The notes beneath the pieces were generated by a model, which was given only the letters and a program-made list of their open reading frames with translations, did not search any database and was not told the DNA's origin. DNA of 64,000 nt from Mobula hypostoma. Lineage: Eukaryota. Below are positions 61,878-64,000 of this stretch, piece after piece. A program made the position numbers and the translations under genes. The stretch spans positions 133,798,001-133,862,000 of the forward strand of contig NC_086097.1 of the NCBI RefSeq assembly GCF_963921235.1, given 5' to 3'. Numbering within the stretch: the stretch's first letter is position 1; each line of letters begins with the position of its first letter.

Positions 61878-64000
61878 ACAGACAATAGACAATAGGTGCA
61901 GGAGTAGGCCATTCGGCCCTTCGAGCCAGCACCGCCATTCACTGTGATCATGGCTGATCATCCACTATCAGTATCCATTTCCTGCCTTATCACCATAACC
62001 TTTGATTCCACTATCTTTAAGAGCTCTATCCATCTCTTTTTTGAAAGCATCCAGAGACTTGGCCTCCACAGCCTTCTGGGGCAGAGCATTCCATATATCC
62101 ACCACTCTCTGGGTGAAAAAGTTTTTCCCCAACTCCATTCTAAATGGCCTACTCCTAATTCTTAAACTGTGGCCTCTGGTTCTGGACTCACCCATCAGCG
62201 GGAACATGCTTCCTGCCTGCAGCGTGTTCAATCCCTTAATAATCTTATATGTTTCAATAAGATCCCCTCTCAGCCTTCTAAATTCCAAAGTATACAAGCC
62301 CAGTCGCTCCAATCTTTCGACATATGACAGTCCCGCCATCCCGGGAATTAACCTTGTGAACCTACGCTGCACTCCCTCAATAGCAAGAATGTCCTTCCTC
62401 AAAGTTGGAGACCAAAACTGCACACAGTACTCCAGGTGTGGTCTCACCAGGGCCCTGTACAGCTGCAGAAGGACCTCTTTGCTCTTATACTCAATTCCCC
62501 TTGTTATGAAGGCCAGCACGCCATTAGCCTTTCTCACTGCCTGCTGTACTTGCATGCTTGCTTTCAGCGACTGGTGTACAAGAACACCTAGATCTAGTTG
62601 TGCTTCCCCTTTTCCTAACTTGACTCCATTTTGATAATAATCTGCCTTCTCGTACTTACCACCAAAGTGAATAACCTCACATTTATCCACATTAAATTGC
62701 ATCTGCCATGCATCTGCCCACTCACCCAGCCTGTTCAAGTCACCCTGCATTCTCATAACATCCTCCTCACATTTCACACTGCCTCCCAGCTTTGTGTCAT
62801 CGGCAAATTTGCTAATGTTACTTTTAATTCCCTCATCTAAATCATTAATATATATTGTAAACAGCTGCGGTCCCAGCACTGAACCCTGTGGTACCCCACT
62901 GGTCACTGCCTGCCATTCCAAAAGGGACCCGTTAATCGCTACTCTTTGTTTTCTGTCAGCCAGCCAATTTTCAATCCATGTCAGTACTCTGCTCCCAACA
63001 CCATGTGCCCTAATTTTGCCCACTAATCTCCTATGTGGTACTTTATCAAAGGTTTTCTGAAAGTCCAGGTACACTACATCCACTGGCTCTCCCTTGTCCA
63101 TTTTCATAGTTACATCCTCAAAAAATTCCAGAAGATTAGTCAAGCACGATTTCCCCATGCTGACTCGAACCAATCCTGTTACTACTATCCAGATGTGTCG
63201 AAATTTCATCTTTTATAATTGACTGCAGTACCTTTCCCACCACCGACGTCAGGCTAACCGGTCTATAATTCCCTGTTTTCTCTCTTCCTCCCTTCTTGAA
63301 GAGAGGGACAACATTAGCCACCCTCCAATCCACAGAAACTGATCCTGAATCTATAGAACATTGGAAAATGATTACCAATGCATCCACGATATCTAAAGCC
63401 ACCTCCTTAAGTACCCTGGGATGCAGATCATCAGGTCCCAGGGACTTATCAGCCTTCAGACCCAACAGCCTATCCAATACCATTTCCTGCCTAATATATT
63501 CCTTCAATTCATCCATTACCCTGGGTCTTTTGGCCACTATTATATCTGGGAGATTGTTTGTGTCTTCCCTAGTGAAAACAGATCCAAAGTACCTGTTCAA
63601 CTCGTCTGCCATTTCCTTGTTCCCCATAATAAATTCAGCCGCTTCTGTCTTCAAGGGCCCAATTTTGGTCTTAACTATTTTTTTCCTTTTCACATACCTA
63701 AAGAAGCTTTTACTATCCTCCTTTATATTCTTGGCTAGTTTACCTTCGTACCTCATTTTTTCTCCGCGTATTGCCCTTTTAGTTACCTTCTGTTGCTCTT
63801 TAAAAGTTTCCCAATCCTCCGGCTTCCCACTCGTCTTTGCTATGTTATGCTTCTTCTCTTTTATTTTATACTGTCCATTACTTCCCTTGTCAGCCATGGC
63901 CTCCCCTTACTCCCCTTAGGATCTTTCTTCCTCTTTGGAATGAACTGATCCTGCACCTTCCGTATTACTCCCAGAAACACTTGCCATTGCTGTTCCACTG
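61878..64000 (-). mobile_element. Young CR1 LINE ORF2 (RT), runs off the window edge
   Basis: ORFs 63136-63897 and 61968-63209 joined by one small frameshifting deletion in the QHGF region; FADD intact; tail (CTATTGT)n. Confidence 0.95.

Noticed and set aside
62002..63919. Long + strand ORFs of 210 and 207 aa, and similar ORFs such as 1102-1368, 8333-8623 and 50124-50603
   Set aside because: They are antisense shadows of CR1 ORF2, a common artefact, with no independent gene signals.

Overview
This is eukaryotic, repeat-dominated vertebrate DNA. The repeat complement (CR1 LINEs with short tandem tails, V-SINEs, Rex1/Babar LINEs, GIY-YIG Penelope-like elements) points to a cartilaginous fish, probably a ray; that assignment is inference. 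Most of the window is nested, decayed transposable elements: many CR1 and Rex1 copies, at least 10 Penelope-like element (PLE) pieces, one full-length IR/DR Tc1 DD34E transposon, Tc1-derived MITEs, one truncated Gypsy LTR element and SINEs. No TE ORF is fully intact, and most short ORFs in the track are antisense or off-frame shadows of these. Two unidentified host genes appear to end convergently near 32.6-33.9 kb: a + strand gene (candidate exons 2381-2481 and 32426-32504, ~30 kb intron) and a - strand gene with several candidate alternative 3' exons and an AU-rich 3'UTR. The most striking structure is a 36-nt minimal hammerhead ribozyme (AGTC-CTGACGA-AGGG..CCC-GAAA-CG-TC-GACT) in the PLE pseudo-LTR. 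It is present in several intact copies and repeatedly marks the truncation or inversion junction of short non-coding fold-back PLE insertions. A second unusual structure is a composite element bounded by two 67-bp palindromic Tc1 mini-MITEs. All calls were made by eye, so boundaries of decayed repeats are approximate.
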